Shown: positions 28,723 to 38,644 of the stretch, piece by piece
Layout of the letters: the number at the start of each line of letters is the position of its first letter
Position numbering within the stretch: position 1 is the stretch's first letter
Assembly (NCBI GenBank): GCA_041674205.1
Contig: JBAYWF010000002.1
Coordinates: forward strand, 46,940 to 110,939
Source of the DNA: Parcubacteria group bacterium
GTDB lineage: Bacteria > Patescibacteriota > Minisyncoccia > Moranbacterales > UBA2206
DNA: 64,000 bases
Direction of reading: 5' to 3'
Program-made: the position numbers and the translations under genes
Notes under the pieces: model-generated
The model's input: the letters and a program-made list of their open reading frames with translations, nothing else
Databases searched by the model: none
What the model was told of the DNA's origin: nothing

Positions 28723-30126
28723 TTACTTCCTAGATTGCCCTCCCCCGTTGACGCAGCCGCCCGGACAAACCATACATTCGATGAGGCCTGTTTTAATCCG
28801 GCCTTTGTCCAGATCGCGCAAGATGTTTTTTATTTGCGGCACGCCATCAGCCACGATATATTCCCTGCCAGTCATTTTGGCGATCATTTCCGCCGCCCCG
28901 CCCGCCCGCTTCATATCCTTGGCGCTTTCATTTTTCACGGCAAAATCCTTGCCGAAACCAACGCTTTTTATTTCCGCCAATTTAATATTTTTTTGCCTGA
29001 TCAACCGGCCCAATTCCCTGACAGTCAAAATATGATCAAGCTTTCCGCTTCTATCTTTTTTCTTCGCCACGCACGGGGAAATGGAAATAACCACGATATC
29101 TTGCGGATTTATTTTGTGCAGTTTCGCATAATCGCCTTTAATAGCCTCCGCCATCAATTCGTCCGGATTGGCGACATCCAAAACGCTGCCTTTGAACTGC
29201 GGATAATATTTATCCACTAATAAATTGAAAGATGGGCAATGGCTGAGCATCAGATTGCCCTTGCCGCTTGTTTTGATAGCCTGCGCCATTTTTTCCAGCG
29301 CCAATCCCATCCCGAACCCCAAATCAAAAACTTTTTCAAATCCCAGCGCTTCAAGCGCCCCGACCAATTTTCCTTCCGAATTTATCTCAGACTGCTCCAA
29401 AGCGATCGATTCCAAAACGGCCGGGTCAACCAAAGCGACAGCCATTTTTTTCAAATCATCCAATTCCGCTTGGATTCCGACTAGGTCATTTTTGTCAGTC
29501 AAAGCGCCAGTCGGACAATCTTTCACGCATTGCCCGCAAAAAATACAATCCAAAGGTTTTCCATACGCAGTGCCGACCACGGCATCTCCCGCCCGATGAT
29601 TGAAGGCCAGCTCCTTGGTCGGGCAGATATTGATGCATCTCCGGCATTCTACGCATAACTCAGTCGTCCTGGAAACGCAGGGATTGCCCTCGTCCACCAC
29701 TACTCGTGAGCGGTTGTCTTTCAACAAATCGAGATTTTCCCTGTCGGTCAATTCTTCTTTTCTGGGAATAAAATGGAAGTTTTCGATTTTCTGTTCCGTC
29801 GCCAGATTCTGCAATTCGCAGCGCTGGTTTTTCTTGCAAGCCGCGCATTTGCCCGCATGGTCCGCCCACAGCAATTCCAAATTGATCCGCCGGGCTTGGG
29901 AAATTTTTTCACTTTCCGTCACGATTTCCATCCCTTCGTAAACTTTCGTATTGCAAGAAGTGATGAGGCGTCCGCCGCATTCCACCACGCAGATCCGGCA
30001 CACGCCTTCGTGCGAATTTTTCGTACCGCATAATGTCGGGATCTTTATCCCGTTGCGCAAACAAACCTGGAAAATAGTCTCTCCCGGCTTTATTTCAAAA
30101 TCCTGACCGTTGATTTTTATTTTCAT
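28723..30126 (-). CDS. hydA: [FeFe]-hydrogenase catalytic subunit HydA (2Fe-2S + His-ligated 4Fe-4S + 2x4Fe-4S + compact H-domain), with Cys-to-His in L1 motif
   Basis: L1 LSHCP (canonical TSCCP), L2 SPCVAKKKD, L3 ECMVCPGGCVNGGGQ; N-terminal ferredoxin-like Cys clusters. Confidence 0.85.
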   Translation of the reverse strand: MKIKINGQDFEIKPGETIFQVCLRNGIKIPTLCGTKNSHEGVCRICVVECGGRLITSCNTKVYEGMEIVTESEKISQARRINLELLWADHAGKCAACKKNQRCELQNLATEQKIENFHFIPRKEELTDRENLDLLKDNRSRVVVDEGNPCVSRTTELCVECRRCINICPTKELAFNHRAGDAVVGTAYGKPLDCIFCGQCVKDCPTGALTDKNDLVGIQAELDDLKKMAVALVDPAVLESIALEQSEINSEGKLVGALEALGFEKVFDLGFGMGLALEKMAQAIKTSGKGNLMLSHCPSFNLLVDKYYPQFKGSVLDVANPDELMAEAIKGDYAKLHKINPQDIVVISISPCVAKKKDRSGKLDHILTVRELGRLIRQKNIKLAEIKSVGFGKDFAVKNESAKDMKRAGGAAEMIAKMTGREYIVADGVPQIKNILRDLDKGRIKTGLIECMVCPGGCVNGGGQSRK

Positions 30127-30170
30127 ACCCTGTTGCTTATAAAATAATTTTAATCCGGATGGAACCGGGA

Positions 30171-31415
30171 TTATTTGGAAATCTTATAGATTTCATCGCG
30201 GAAATTTTCCAGAGCGTCCGAAAAAGCCGTCGCGGCGAATTTACCCAACGGACAGAAGGTCGTATTATTGAGCGTCCACAAGATATCCTGGATGGCCGCC
30301 ACGTCCCGTTCGGACACTTCCCCGTCTTGCAGGCGCTTAGCGATTTCCCATAAACGAAAGGTTCCTTCGCGGCATGGCACGCATTTGCCGCAGGATTCCC
30401 GGCGGAAAAAACCCGTCCAGGACAGCAGCAATTCATGGATATTGGCTGTCTTGTCCACTACCAGCACCGCTCCGGATCCCAACGGGATTTTCGCTTCACA
30501 ATCATATTCCAATTTCAATTTCAAATCTTTTTCCAGCGCCAACCGTCCAGATGACCCGCCCACCTGCGCGAACCGGAACTCCTTGCCCAACTGGATACCG
30601 CCGGCATATTTCCCGATCAAATCACCTAATTTTATGCCTAGTGGCGCTTCAAAAACATCCGGATTTTTCACCGCTCCATTCACGATGAACAATTTGGTGC
30701 CGGGAGATTTCCGGGAACCGATTTTCGCATACGCCTTTCCGCCATTTTCGATTATCCACGGGATATTGGCTATGGTTTCCGCGTTATTGATCGCCGTCGG
30801 TTTACCAAACAACCCGCATTGCGTCGGATAGGGCGGCCGCGCTTTCGGCTCGCCGCGATTGCCCTCGATGGAATTCAAAAGCGCCGTTTCTTCCCCGCAG
30901 ATATATGCCCCGGCACCCGCGAAAATTTCCATTTCCAAACCATATTTTGAACCTAGGATGCTTTCGCCGATGAAATTTTTTTCCCGCGCTTGTTCCACCG
31001 CCCGCTCTAAAATTCCGATTTCTTTTCCATAGTTGCCATTGACGTATATGAAAGCCTTCCGCGCGCCCACGATCAATGATCCAATGATGATCCCCTCCAA
31101 AAGCATATGCGGATCATTATCAACGATCGACCGATCCTTGTAGGTTCCAGGCTCCGACTCATCCAGATTGCAAATGAAATATTTTTCCTGGTTTTTTTCC
31201 AAAGCCACGCATCCAAGCTTCCGTCCAGTCGGAAAACCGGCGCCGCCCCGCCCGCACAATCCGGAAACATTGATTTCCTCCAAAGCCGATTGCGGCGTCA
31301 TCTCCCGTATGAATTTCGACAAAGCGGCATATCCGCCCGTAGCGGCATAATCTTCTATCCTGCCCGGATTTATCTTCCCCCAATTTTTGGTTATTATTTT
31401 TATTTCCTTCTTCAT
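30171..31415 (-). CDS. NuoF-like NAD(P)H-binding flavoprotein subunit (HydB/HndC type); ORF extends to 31511
   Basis: GLCGRGGAGFPTGRK, CGKCVPCREG. Confidence 0.85.
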   Translation of the reverse strand: MKKEIKIITKNWGKINPGRIEDYAATGGYAALSKFIREMTPQSALEEINVSGLCGRGGAGFPTGRKLGCVALEKNQEKYFICNLDESEPGTYKDRSIVDNDPHMLLEGIIIGSLIVGARKAFIYVNGNYGKEIGILERAVEQAREKNFIGESILGSKYGLEMEIFAGAGAYICGEETALLNSIEGNRGEPKARPPYPTQCGLFGKPTAINNAETIANIPWIIENGGKAYAKIGSRKSPGTKLFIVNGAVKNPDVFEAPLGIKLGDLIGKYAGGIQLGKEFRFAQVGGSSGRLALEKDLKLKLEYDCEAKIPLGSGAVLVVDKTANIHELLLSWTGFFRRESCGKCVPCREGTFRLWEIAKRLQDGEVSERDVAAIQDILWTLNNTTFCPLGKFAATAFSDALENFRDEIYKISK

Positions 31416-31755
31416 CCTTACATTATATCGCAACAACCATATTTTGCATATCAAATCCCATATTTTTTTCCCACTGCTTATTGAGAAAACCGCCCTTAGT
31501 CTCCGCGCCACGATTGATCAATTCGTCTTTTACTCATATTTTCCAACCATCATTCTTGCCTTGATTGAGCTCCAAACAATAGTAACCTTTACAAAAAACA
31601 ATTTTTAGTGTATAATAGATAATTGTGCCTGATTATTATCCGACCAACACCAGATTTTGTTCGATAATTGACTTTTGAATCAAAAACGCTATCATTTATA
31701 AAGAACGGTTTTGCACATTCCAACACATTCAAACAAAACATTTCAGGGGGTCAGG

Positions 31756-32301
31756 ATGAAAAAAGAAATTTCTACGGACGGGATTATCGAAGCGTTGGGC
31801 AATATAATCGCAAGCGGCGATGCCAGCGCCGCGAAAGAAATCCTAAAGGAACTGAAAAAATCCCATTCCGAAACAATTCAGGGAGTGCTGGAATTAATGG
31901 CACAAAAGGCTTTGAGGATGGGGATGTTTTTCCATCCTGGTTCCAAAGTGACCGTGTTAGATCCCGCCCACCACCCAAGCTATTCGACATTTATGTGTCC
32001 TAAGCTCGAGAGTCTGCCTTCAGACATGGAAAGGATAACGTTTCGGTGGGCTTTCACGGAGATAGAAAACGGCAGCCATTATCTGCCGGACGATACCCTT
32101 GTATCATATGGCCATTCCGACTACATCATCACGTTGATAGATGTGCTTACTGAATGTGATACTGATACGCTTAGAAAAATAACTGAAATGGCCAGACGGA
32201 TGTCCACGAAGACGGTAGTCATCGCTATGGCTATCATAAACCGCGGCTACACCGCCGAAAGTCTGGGAGTGGATGAATTTTATTCTCTCCTTGATTTATG
32301 A
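31756..32301 (+). CDS. hypothetical protein (opposite strand, between hydB and hydC)
   Basis: ORF from MKKEISTDG; no motif recognised. Confidence 0.4.
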   Translation: MKKEISTDGIIEALGNIIASGDASAAKEILKELKKSHSETIQGVLELMAQKALRMGMFFHPGSKVTVLDPAHHPSYSTFMCPKLESLPSDMERITFRWAFTEIENGSHYLPDDTLVSYGHSDYIITLIDVLTECDTDTLRKITEMARRMSTKTVVIAMAIINRGYTAESLGVDEFYSLLDL

Positions 32302-32544
32302 ACCATCCGAAAAACGGAAAAAGAGGTTGCCGATCCCGGCAGCCTCTCATTTTTTTTAAACAGACGGGGCCTTGGCACGGATCCGAAAATAACTTATACT
32401 GGGACAAGGCCTTCAGAATGGAGAGGTGAAAAATTGGGACCCACCTGGATTTTCAGGGAAAAAATTATTTTTTCCGTTAAATTTTTCAAGGGACCCACGC
32501 GCCTAGGAGCCCGACGGGCTCCCGCTCCTGCATTGAGGGCCCAA

Positions 32545-32578
32545 CAAAAAAACCGAGGTTACGCCTCGGTTTTTTTTG
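32545..32578. terminator. bidirectional rho-independent terminator
   Basis: aaaaaaAACCGAGGttacgCCTCGGTTtttttt between convergent genes. Confidence 0.8.
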
Positions 32579-32583
32579 TTACG

Positions 32584-33024
32584 TCAGATATAATTCCGCA
32601 GGATGTCATCCACACTGCTGGGCGTCACTCTGGTAAAAACATTGCCATTCACGACCATCACCGGCCCCTGGCCGCATTGTCCAAGACAACTGATGATCTC
32701 GAGCTTAACGTTGGGATTGAAATCATCACCGGCTTTGATATGCAACTGGCTTTCGATTTCAGATATAACTTTAAAACTGCTCTTTACCGCGCAATTGGCT
32801 CCGGAACAGACCTGGATAACCAAGCCAGGCTGTTTTTTGGTTTTGACCAGATCATAGAAACTGGCGACTTCATAAACCTTGGAAAGCGGCACGGAAAAAT
32901 AATCCGCCGCTTTACGCGCCTCCTCCTCACCGACATAGCCGAAACCGGCGTCGATTTTTTTCAGCGCCGGCAACAGGTTTTTTTGTTCCGGATCGAATTC
33001 CAAAAGGATTTTTTCAACTGCCAT
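32584..33024 (-). CDS. NuoE-like thioredoxin-fold [2Fe-2S] subunit (HydC/HndA type)
   Basis: CSGANC...CLGQCGQGPVMVVN. Confidence 0.85.
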   Translation of the reverse strand: MAVEKILLEFDPEQKNLLPALKKIDAGFGYVGEEEARKAADYFSVPLSKVYEVASFYDLVKTKKQPGLVIQVCSGANCAVKSSFKVISEIESQLHIKAGDDFNPNVKLEIISCLGQCGQGPVMVVNGNVFTRVTPSSVDDILRNYI

Positions 33025-33042
33025 ACCATTTAAAAATAAGTC

Positions 33043-33906
33043 CTATACTTTTCCGGCACTGCCGAACAAGCGCATTTTATGTTTGACGCTTTCTTTGACG
33101 GATTTACGCGCGTCGCCCAGAATCGTACGCACATCGAACCCCGGATCCTTGTCGCTCTTGAAAGTCGTACTCAAACTGTTTACAAAAGACATCCTGGTAT
33201 CCGTATCGACATTGAAGCAATTCACTCCCAATTTAATCGCCTGTTCAGCTTTGCCATCTTCCCAATCGGACGCGCCATGCAAAACGATCGGGATATCGAT
33301 CAAACTTCTGATTTTTTTCAACCTATCGAAATCAGGCACCTCCCTTTCCACAAAAAAACCATGCGCGTTGCCGATGGCTACGGCCAACGTATCTATGCCG
33401 GTCTTTTCCACGAAATCCTTGGCTTGCTCCGGATCGGTCATATATTTATCCCAATCCACCGCTCCCATCTTATGCTCGCTTAAATATGGGACATTACCCA
33501 ATTCTCCTTGCACAGCCACGCCTCTTTCGTGGCAGAAATCAACCACTTTTTTGGTTACCGCCACATTATCAGAATATTCCTTCCTGGATCCGTCATACAT
33601 AACCGACGGCCAACCGATTTCCACCGCCCGCTGCACGATTTCGAAACTGCCGCCATGGTCCAGATGGATACCTACCGGGATTTCCGGCGCGTAGAATTCC
33701 ACGTCATTCTTAATAATATTGAAAATCATGCGTCCGCCCGCATATTCCATAGTCTTTTCCGTGACTTGGATTATGACTGGGGACTTCAATTCTTTCGCAG
33801 CTTCAACGATCGCACGGGTCGTTTCCAAATTAATCGTATTGAACGCTCCAACGGCATAGCCGCCCTCTTTGGCTTTCGCTAAAATTTCTTTGATATCGAC
33901 GATCAT
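33043..33906 (-). CDS. fba: fructose-bisphosphate aldolase class II
   Basis: GGYAVGAFN, HLDHG motifs. Confidence 0.9.
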   Translation of the reverse strand: MIVDIKEILAKAKEGGYAVGAFNTINLETTRAIVEAAKELKSPVIIQVTEKTMEYAGGRMIFNIIKNDVEFYAPEIPVGIHLDHGGSFEIVQRAVEIGWPSVMYDGSRKEYSDNVAVTKKVVDFCHERGVAVQGELGNVPYLSEHKMGAVDWDKYMTDPEQAKDFVEKTGIDTLAVAIGNAHGFFVEREVPDFDRLKKIRSLIDIPIVLHGASDWEDGKAEQAIKLGVNCFNVDTDTRMSFVNSLSTTFKSDKDPGFDVRTILGDARKSVKESVKHKMRLFGSAGKV

Positions 33907-33972
33907 ACGCTTTGAATTTTAAATTCTAACCTTGAAACTTATAGTTTAGAATTTACTATTGATTTAAAAAAA
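33907..33972. repeat. AT-rich repeat tract (fba-tpiA intergenic)
   Basis: ctttgaattttaaattctaaccttgaaacttatagtttagaattt. Confidence 0.45.
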
Positions 33973-34749
33973 TTATGTTTTAAGATTGCCATCTATTATT
34001 CCTACTATTTTTATGAGACTGCTCGGAGCCAAACTTTCCTTGCCCACCAAGGCGCCATCCATCCCGGAATCGACGCAAATAGCTTCCGTATTATCCGGAG
34101 CGACCGAACCGCCATAGATGATTTTCACTTTTTCCGTAATTTTAGGCCCATATTTCGCTACTAGGAATTTCTTTATAACCAATCTGGCGCCCATCACTTC
34201 ATTCGTAGTCGGCAAATGATCGGGGTTATTGGAACTGATCGCCCAGACCGGCTCATAGCAGATTATGACATTTTCAATTTTCCACTTACTGACCCCGTCC
34301 AAACAATTCTGCAATTGTTCCACGACGATATCCGTCCCTTCTTTTTTTTGATCGGCATCCTCTCCGACACACAAAATCGGTTTGATCCCGTTTTTCAGGG
34401 AGGAAATAACTTTAAGATTCACATCTTGATCGTTTTCCCGGATATATTTTCTCCTTTCGCTATGGCCCAAAATCACATACTCGCAATCGAAATTCCTGAG
34501 CATCACCGGGGATATCTCGCCGGTAAAGGAACCCTTATCCTCAAAAAACATATTCTGCGCCCCCCGCTTCACCTTTTTATTTTTCCATTTTTTAAAACCC
34601 TCCAAATGCACGAACGGGGCACATAAGACGATTTCAGTATCGGAAAATTTCTTGCCCGATAACAGCACGCTCAGCCGTTTCAAATACGCCTCCCTTTCGC
34701 TGATGGAAAGAAGGTTCATCTTGAGATTGGCGGCAACTATGTTTTTCAT
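33973..34749 (-). CDS. tpiA: triosephosphate isomerase
   Basis: AANLKMN, ILGHSERR. Confidence 0.9.
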   Translation of the reverse strand: MKNIVAANLKMNLLSISEREAYLKRLSVLLSGKKFSDTEIVLCAPFVHLEGFKKWKNKKVKRGAQNMFFEDKGSFTGEISPVMLRNFDCEYVILGHSERRKYIRENDQDVNLKVISSLKNGIKPILCVGEDADQKKEGTDIVVEQLQNCLDGVSKWKIENVIICYEPVWAISSNNPDHLPTTNEVMGARLVIKKFLVAKYGPKITEKVKIIYGGSVAPDNTEAICVDSGMDGALVGKESLAPSSLIKIVGIIDGNLKT

Positions 34750-34771
34750 ATTTTTTAATTTTAACTCAAAT

Positions 34772-35434
34772 TTATTCTCCGGCCTGTCCGACAGCTAATC
34801 CATCCGGGATCCGCGATTGGGAACGCCTAATACCCATATGCCTGCGCACGAACCAAACCAATCCGGCCAAAATCAAAGCTCCGATCACCATATCGAATTT
34901 ATGGAAATATACCCCTAGCGTGTTCCAGTTATCACCCAGCTCCTTGCCGATATAGGCTAGCAAGTAACAAAATGGGAAAGATCCCAGAAACGTATAGGCC
35001 ACGAACTTAGGAAAATCCATCCGGGCGATTCCCGCCGGCAAGGAAATGAAAGTCCGGACCACCGGGAGCATCCGCGAAAAAAAGACCGCGGTATTGCCGT
35101 ATTTTTTGAAAAAATTATCGGCAATATCCAAGTCGTGATGGGTCACCAGGATATATTTGCCATATTTCTCCGCCGCCGGCCGGCCGCCATAATAACCCAC
35201 CCAATAAGCCACGACGCTGCCCAGCACGCATCCGACCGCACCAGCCAAAGAAACGCTCCATAAGGAAAATCTTCCGGCTGAAACCAGGTAGCCCGAAAAC
35301 GGCATTATGATTTCGGATGGCAGCGGGATGCAAGCCGACTCGATCGCCATCATCAATGCCACCCCCGCATAGCCCAATGAATCTATGCCCCAAATTATAA
35401 ACTGCGCCAAAACGGAAATTATCCCTGCGATCAT
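34772..35434 (-). CDS. DedA/SNARE-associated family membrane protein
   Basis: multi-TM, DedA-type motif region. Confidence 0.7.
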   Translation of the reverse strand: MIAGIISVLAQFIIWGIDSLGYAGVALMMAIESACIPLPSEIIMPFSGYLVSAGRFSLWSVSLAGAVGCVLGSVVAYWVGYYGGRPAAEKYGKYILVTHHDLDIADNFFKKYGNTAVFFSRMLPVVRTFISLPAGIARMDFPKFVAYTFLGSFPFCYLLAYIGKELGDNWNTLGVYFHKFDMVIGALILAGLVWFVRRHMGIRRSQSRIPDGLAVGQAGE

Positions 35435-35460
35435 AATATTTTTCTAATTTTAATCCTTTT

Positions 35461-36507
35461 CTAGATTTTTCTCAAATATTCAGCTGCCACTTCCGGCTGG
35501 ATAGTGGAAATCTCGATGCCGGTGGAAAGCTCGAAGCCGGCCCAATTGCTCGTGTGCGGCAAAATTTCGATATGCCAATGGAAATGGGGATAATCCTTGC
35601 CATCGCACGGCGCCGTGTGGATATAAAAATTATAAGCCGGATCTTCCAAAGCTTTATAGATCTTATTGATGGCCGTTTGCAAGGCTTCGGCCGCTCCCAA
35701 TTTATCATCGTCCGATGTCCGTTCAAAATACGGCTTATGTTTTTTCGGCACCACCCAAACCTCAAAAGCCGCCCGCGACGAAAAAGGACAAAAAGCCACA
35801 AAATCATCATTTTCAAATATGACTCTTTTTTTATTTTCAATTTCCCATTCGACCATCGAACAGTACACGCATTTCTTATTCGCCTTATGATAACTTTCCG
35901 CGCCGTCCAATTCAGACTGGACATATGGAGAAATCACCGGAATCGCCATAAGCTGGGAATGCGGATGGGCGAGCGAAGCGCCGGCTTCTTTGCCATGGTT
36001 ATGGAAAATTTCTATATAATTCACGCTTTTCTTATTCATCAGATCGATATAGCGCTCCTGATAAGCATCGATGATTTCAGCCACCTCCAAAACATTCAGC
36101 TGGGCGATTTGTTTATGATGGTCGCGCGTTATGATCAACTCATGATATCCCGTCCCGTCCATGGAGAAATATGGGCCTTCTTCATAGTGTTTCGGCACCC
36201 GTCCCCGCGTAAACGCCGGGTACTTATTCGGGAAAACCCGCAAGCTCCATTCTCCATTGGCCCGCTCATACAACAGGACGTCTTTCTCCTGTCCGGTTTC
36301 TTCCGGGTAGCAAAAAAAACACGGCTTGCCGGAATCTTCCTCGATTGCCGCCCGCCGGTTGGAAGCGAATTCTTCCGGACGCCTGGCGCGACCGGTCGCG
36401 ATCACCACCCAATCGCCCGTCACCAAATCCTGCCGCAATTCGGTAGATTGCATCTTCCCTTTTTTAGAAAGGTCTTTTTTCAACTGACTATCGTTTTTAT
36501 TTTCCAC
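35461..36507 (-). CDS. galT: galactose-1-phosphate uridylyltransferase (HIT superfamily; start possibly 36453)
   Basis: CFFCYPEE zinc site, AHPHSQL active site. Confidence 0.8.
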   Translation of the reverse strand: MENKNDSQLKKDLSKKGKMQSTELRQDLVTGDWVVIATGRARRPEEFASNRRAAIEEDSGKPCFFCYPEETGQEKDVLLYERANGEWSLRVFPNKYPAFTRGRVPKHYEEGPYFSMDGTGYHELIITRDHHKQIAQLNVLEVAEIIDAYQERYIDLMNKKSVNYIEIFHNHGKEAGASLAHPHSQLMAIPVISPYVQSELDGAESYHKANKKCVYCSMVEWEIENKKRVIFENDDFVAFCPFSSRAAFEVWVVPKKHKPYFERTSDDDKLGAAEALQTAINKIYKALEDPAYNFYIHTAPCDGKDYPHFHWHIEILPHTSNWAGFELSTGIEISTIQPEVAAEYLRKI

Positions 36508-36552
36508 TTTTTTATTTTAACACCGGCCGGAAACCGGCCTTTGCACCGGAGA

Positions 36553-37317
36553 TTATTTCTTGTATTTATACTGGCCGGTTATCATCCGCCATTTCACTTG
36601 CAACAATTCTTTGAGAGTCGAAACATATCCGCCCATACCGGAAGCACCTACCAGCGTCTGTCCGGCATCCAGCCAAATCACTGGGATCTCGATAATTTCA
36701 TAACCCATTTTTTTAGCCAGCATCAACATTTCAAAATCTCCACCCCAGCGGTCGACTTGCATTTGCGGAACGATATCGGACACGGCCCGCGCAGACATAA
36801 CCTTGAAGCCGCATTGGGTGTCCTCCAGTCCGCGCAAACCAAGCATGAATTGGATCAACAGATTTCCAGCGTCGCCCATCAGCTCTTTCCATTTGGGCTG
36901 GTGCTTTTTGATATTCGATTCCTTCAAATCGCGCGAACCGATCAACACATCACCACCCTTTTCCATCCGGTCGAGAAAATTTTCCAGATTGGTTATGGAA
37001 GTCGCCCCATCGGCATCCGTCAATAAGCGGTATTCCCCTTTGGCCGCCATAAATCCCTCCCGCACGGAAAAAAACTTGCCCCGATTTTCCTGCCTGTCTA
37101 TCACTTCCAACTTCGCCACCAGATGCGCCAAACCCCTCACGAATTCAGCCGTATTGTCTTTCGAACCGTCATTGACCACCACCACTTCATAGGAAATATC
37201 CTTTCCTCCCAGGTACTCGCCTATTTCACGCAAATTATTTTTCAATTCCTCCCCTTTTCTACCGCCCTCGTTATATGCCGGTATTATGACAGACAGATAT
37301 GGATTAGTGTCTTGCAT
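36553..37317 (-). CDS. family 2 glycosyltransferase (Dpm1-like)
   Basis: SVIIPAYNEG, DAD motif. Confidence 0.8.
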   Translation of the reverse strand: MQDTNPYLSVIIPAYNEGGRKGEELKNNLREIGEYLGGKDISYEVVVVNDGSKDNTAEFVRGLAHLVAKLEVIDRQENRGKFFSVREGFMAAKGEYRLLTDADGATSITNLENFLDRMEKGGDVLIGSRDLKESNIKKHQPKWKELMGDAGNLLIQFMLGLRGLEDTQCGFKVMSARAVSDIVPQMQVDRWGGDFEMLMLAKKMGYEIIEIPVIWLDAGQTLVGASGMGGYVSTLKELLQVKWRMITGQYKYKK

Positions 37318-37386
37318 TTTTTTATTCTTCGCTACTAGTTAATAAAAGTCACATCAATTATAACACACCGCGTTAAAAACCCAAAT

Positions 37387-37815
37387 TTAAATTCCACCTT
37401 TCCGATCCAGCCAGCTCTGCAGGATTACGCGGGCAGCCTCCTGGTTATCCGCCAGCTTGATCTTCCGCATTCCTTTTTCCTTAAGATTGCTTTCGGCCAT
37501 CTTCGTAGAAAACATCTCTTCCTGGTAAGAAACCGCCAATTTGAATTCTTTTTTTAATTTTTCCCCGATGTCCGCCGCTTCAAAAGACTGCCTATTACCG
37601 CCAGCCTGGCCTAATTTGCCGATGATTATACGATCGATATCCTCTATTTCTATTATTTTCCCCAGCGTGTCCAAAAAGTGCCTGTCATTATCGACAGTGC
37701 CATAAGCGAAAGCGATGCGGATTTCCGAATCAGCTATCGCCAAACCGATTTTCGCTTTTCCATAATCCAGTCCTAAAAAATGTTCCAATCCAGCCGTATT
37801 CTCCATAATTATCAA
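37387..37815 (-). CDS. ruvX: RuvX/YqgF Holliday-junction resolvase-like nuclease
   Basis: LGLDYGKAKIGLAIAD. Confidence 0.8.
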   Translation of the reverse strand: MIIMENTAGLEHFLGLDYGKAKIGLAIADSEIRIAFAYGTVDNDRHFLDTLGKIIEIEDIDRIIIGKLGQAGGNRQSFEAADIGEKLKKEFKLAVSYQEEMFSTKMAESNLKEKGMRKIKLADNQEAARVILQSWLDRKGGI

Positions 37816-38576
37816 ATTCTGGTTAAAATTTCCGCTTCATTCTTAGACACCAAGACCGTATCTTCGAAGTGGGCGCTTAATTTGCCGTCAGCCGTCACAT
37901 AAGTCCACCGGTCTTTTCTTAATTCAATTTTGTGCGTACCCGCATTAATCATCGGCTCCAGCGCCAATGTCATACCTTCTTCCAAAATGATATCCTTCCC
38001 GCCGGACCTGTAATTAGGAATGTGCGGATCCTCATGCAGGAACCTGCCGACTCCATGGCCGACCAAATCGCGCACGACCGAAAACCCTTGGCCTTCGACA
38101 TATTTCTGCACTGCCGCGGAATAATCCCCAAGGCTCGCTCCGGCCTTTATCTTCGCTATACCGGCATCCAGGCACTCGCGCGTCACATCCAGTATCCTTT
38201 GGGCTTCCACGGAAATCTTCCCTACCGCGAAAGTCCGCGCCATATCGGTGACCATTCCCCGATAGCGCATCCCGATATCGATTTTGAATATGTCGCCCGT
38301 TTGCAATATCCGATCCGGCCTAGGAATACCATGGACGATCTCATCATTGATTGAAGCGCAGATGGCAGCGGGAAACGGATTACCCGATTCCTTGCCATAG
38401 CCTTTGAAAACCGGGATCCCGCCCGCCTCCAAAATAAGTTTCTCCGCCAACTGGTCGATTGCAAAAGTGTTTTTTCCCGGCGCAACGCTGTCCCCCAATG
38501 CCCGCATAACGCCTGCCAGGATTTTTCCGCCTGCCCGCATAGCCTCTATTTCTTCTGGTTTTTTGATAATTATCAT
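37812..38576 (-). CDS. map: methionine aminopeptidase type I
   Basis: 254 aa, metal ligands DIGMRY, HGVGR, EPM. Confidence 0.9.
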   Translation of the reverse strand: MIIIKKPEEIEAMRAGGKILAGVMRALGDSVAPGKNTFAIDQLAEKLILEAGGIPVFKGYGKESGNPFPAAICASINDEIVHGIPRPDRILQTGDIFKIDIGMRYRGMVTDMARTFAVGKISVEAQRILDVTRECLDAGIAKIKAGASLGDYSAAVQKYVEGQGFSVVRDLVGHGVGRFLHEDPHIPNYRSGGKDIILEEGMTLALEPMINAGTHKIELRKDRWTYVTADGKLSAHFEDTVLVSKNEAEILTRI

Positions 38577-38644
38577 AATATTTATCTTGATCCGATTTGG
38601 AAATTTACGGACATTCCGCGCATATCCGTCCGTAGTTGGAAAAA

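Noticed and set aside
35554-37026. 490-aa plus-strand ORF
   Set aside because: Lies entirely antisense to well-supported galT and GT2 genes; R/H/F-rich composition typical of antisense translation; no motif.
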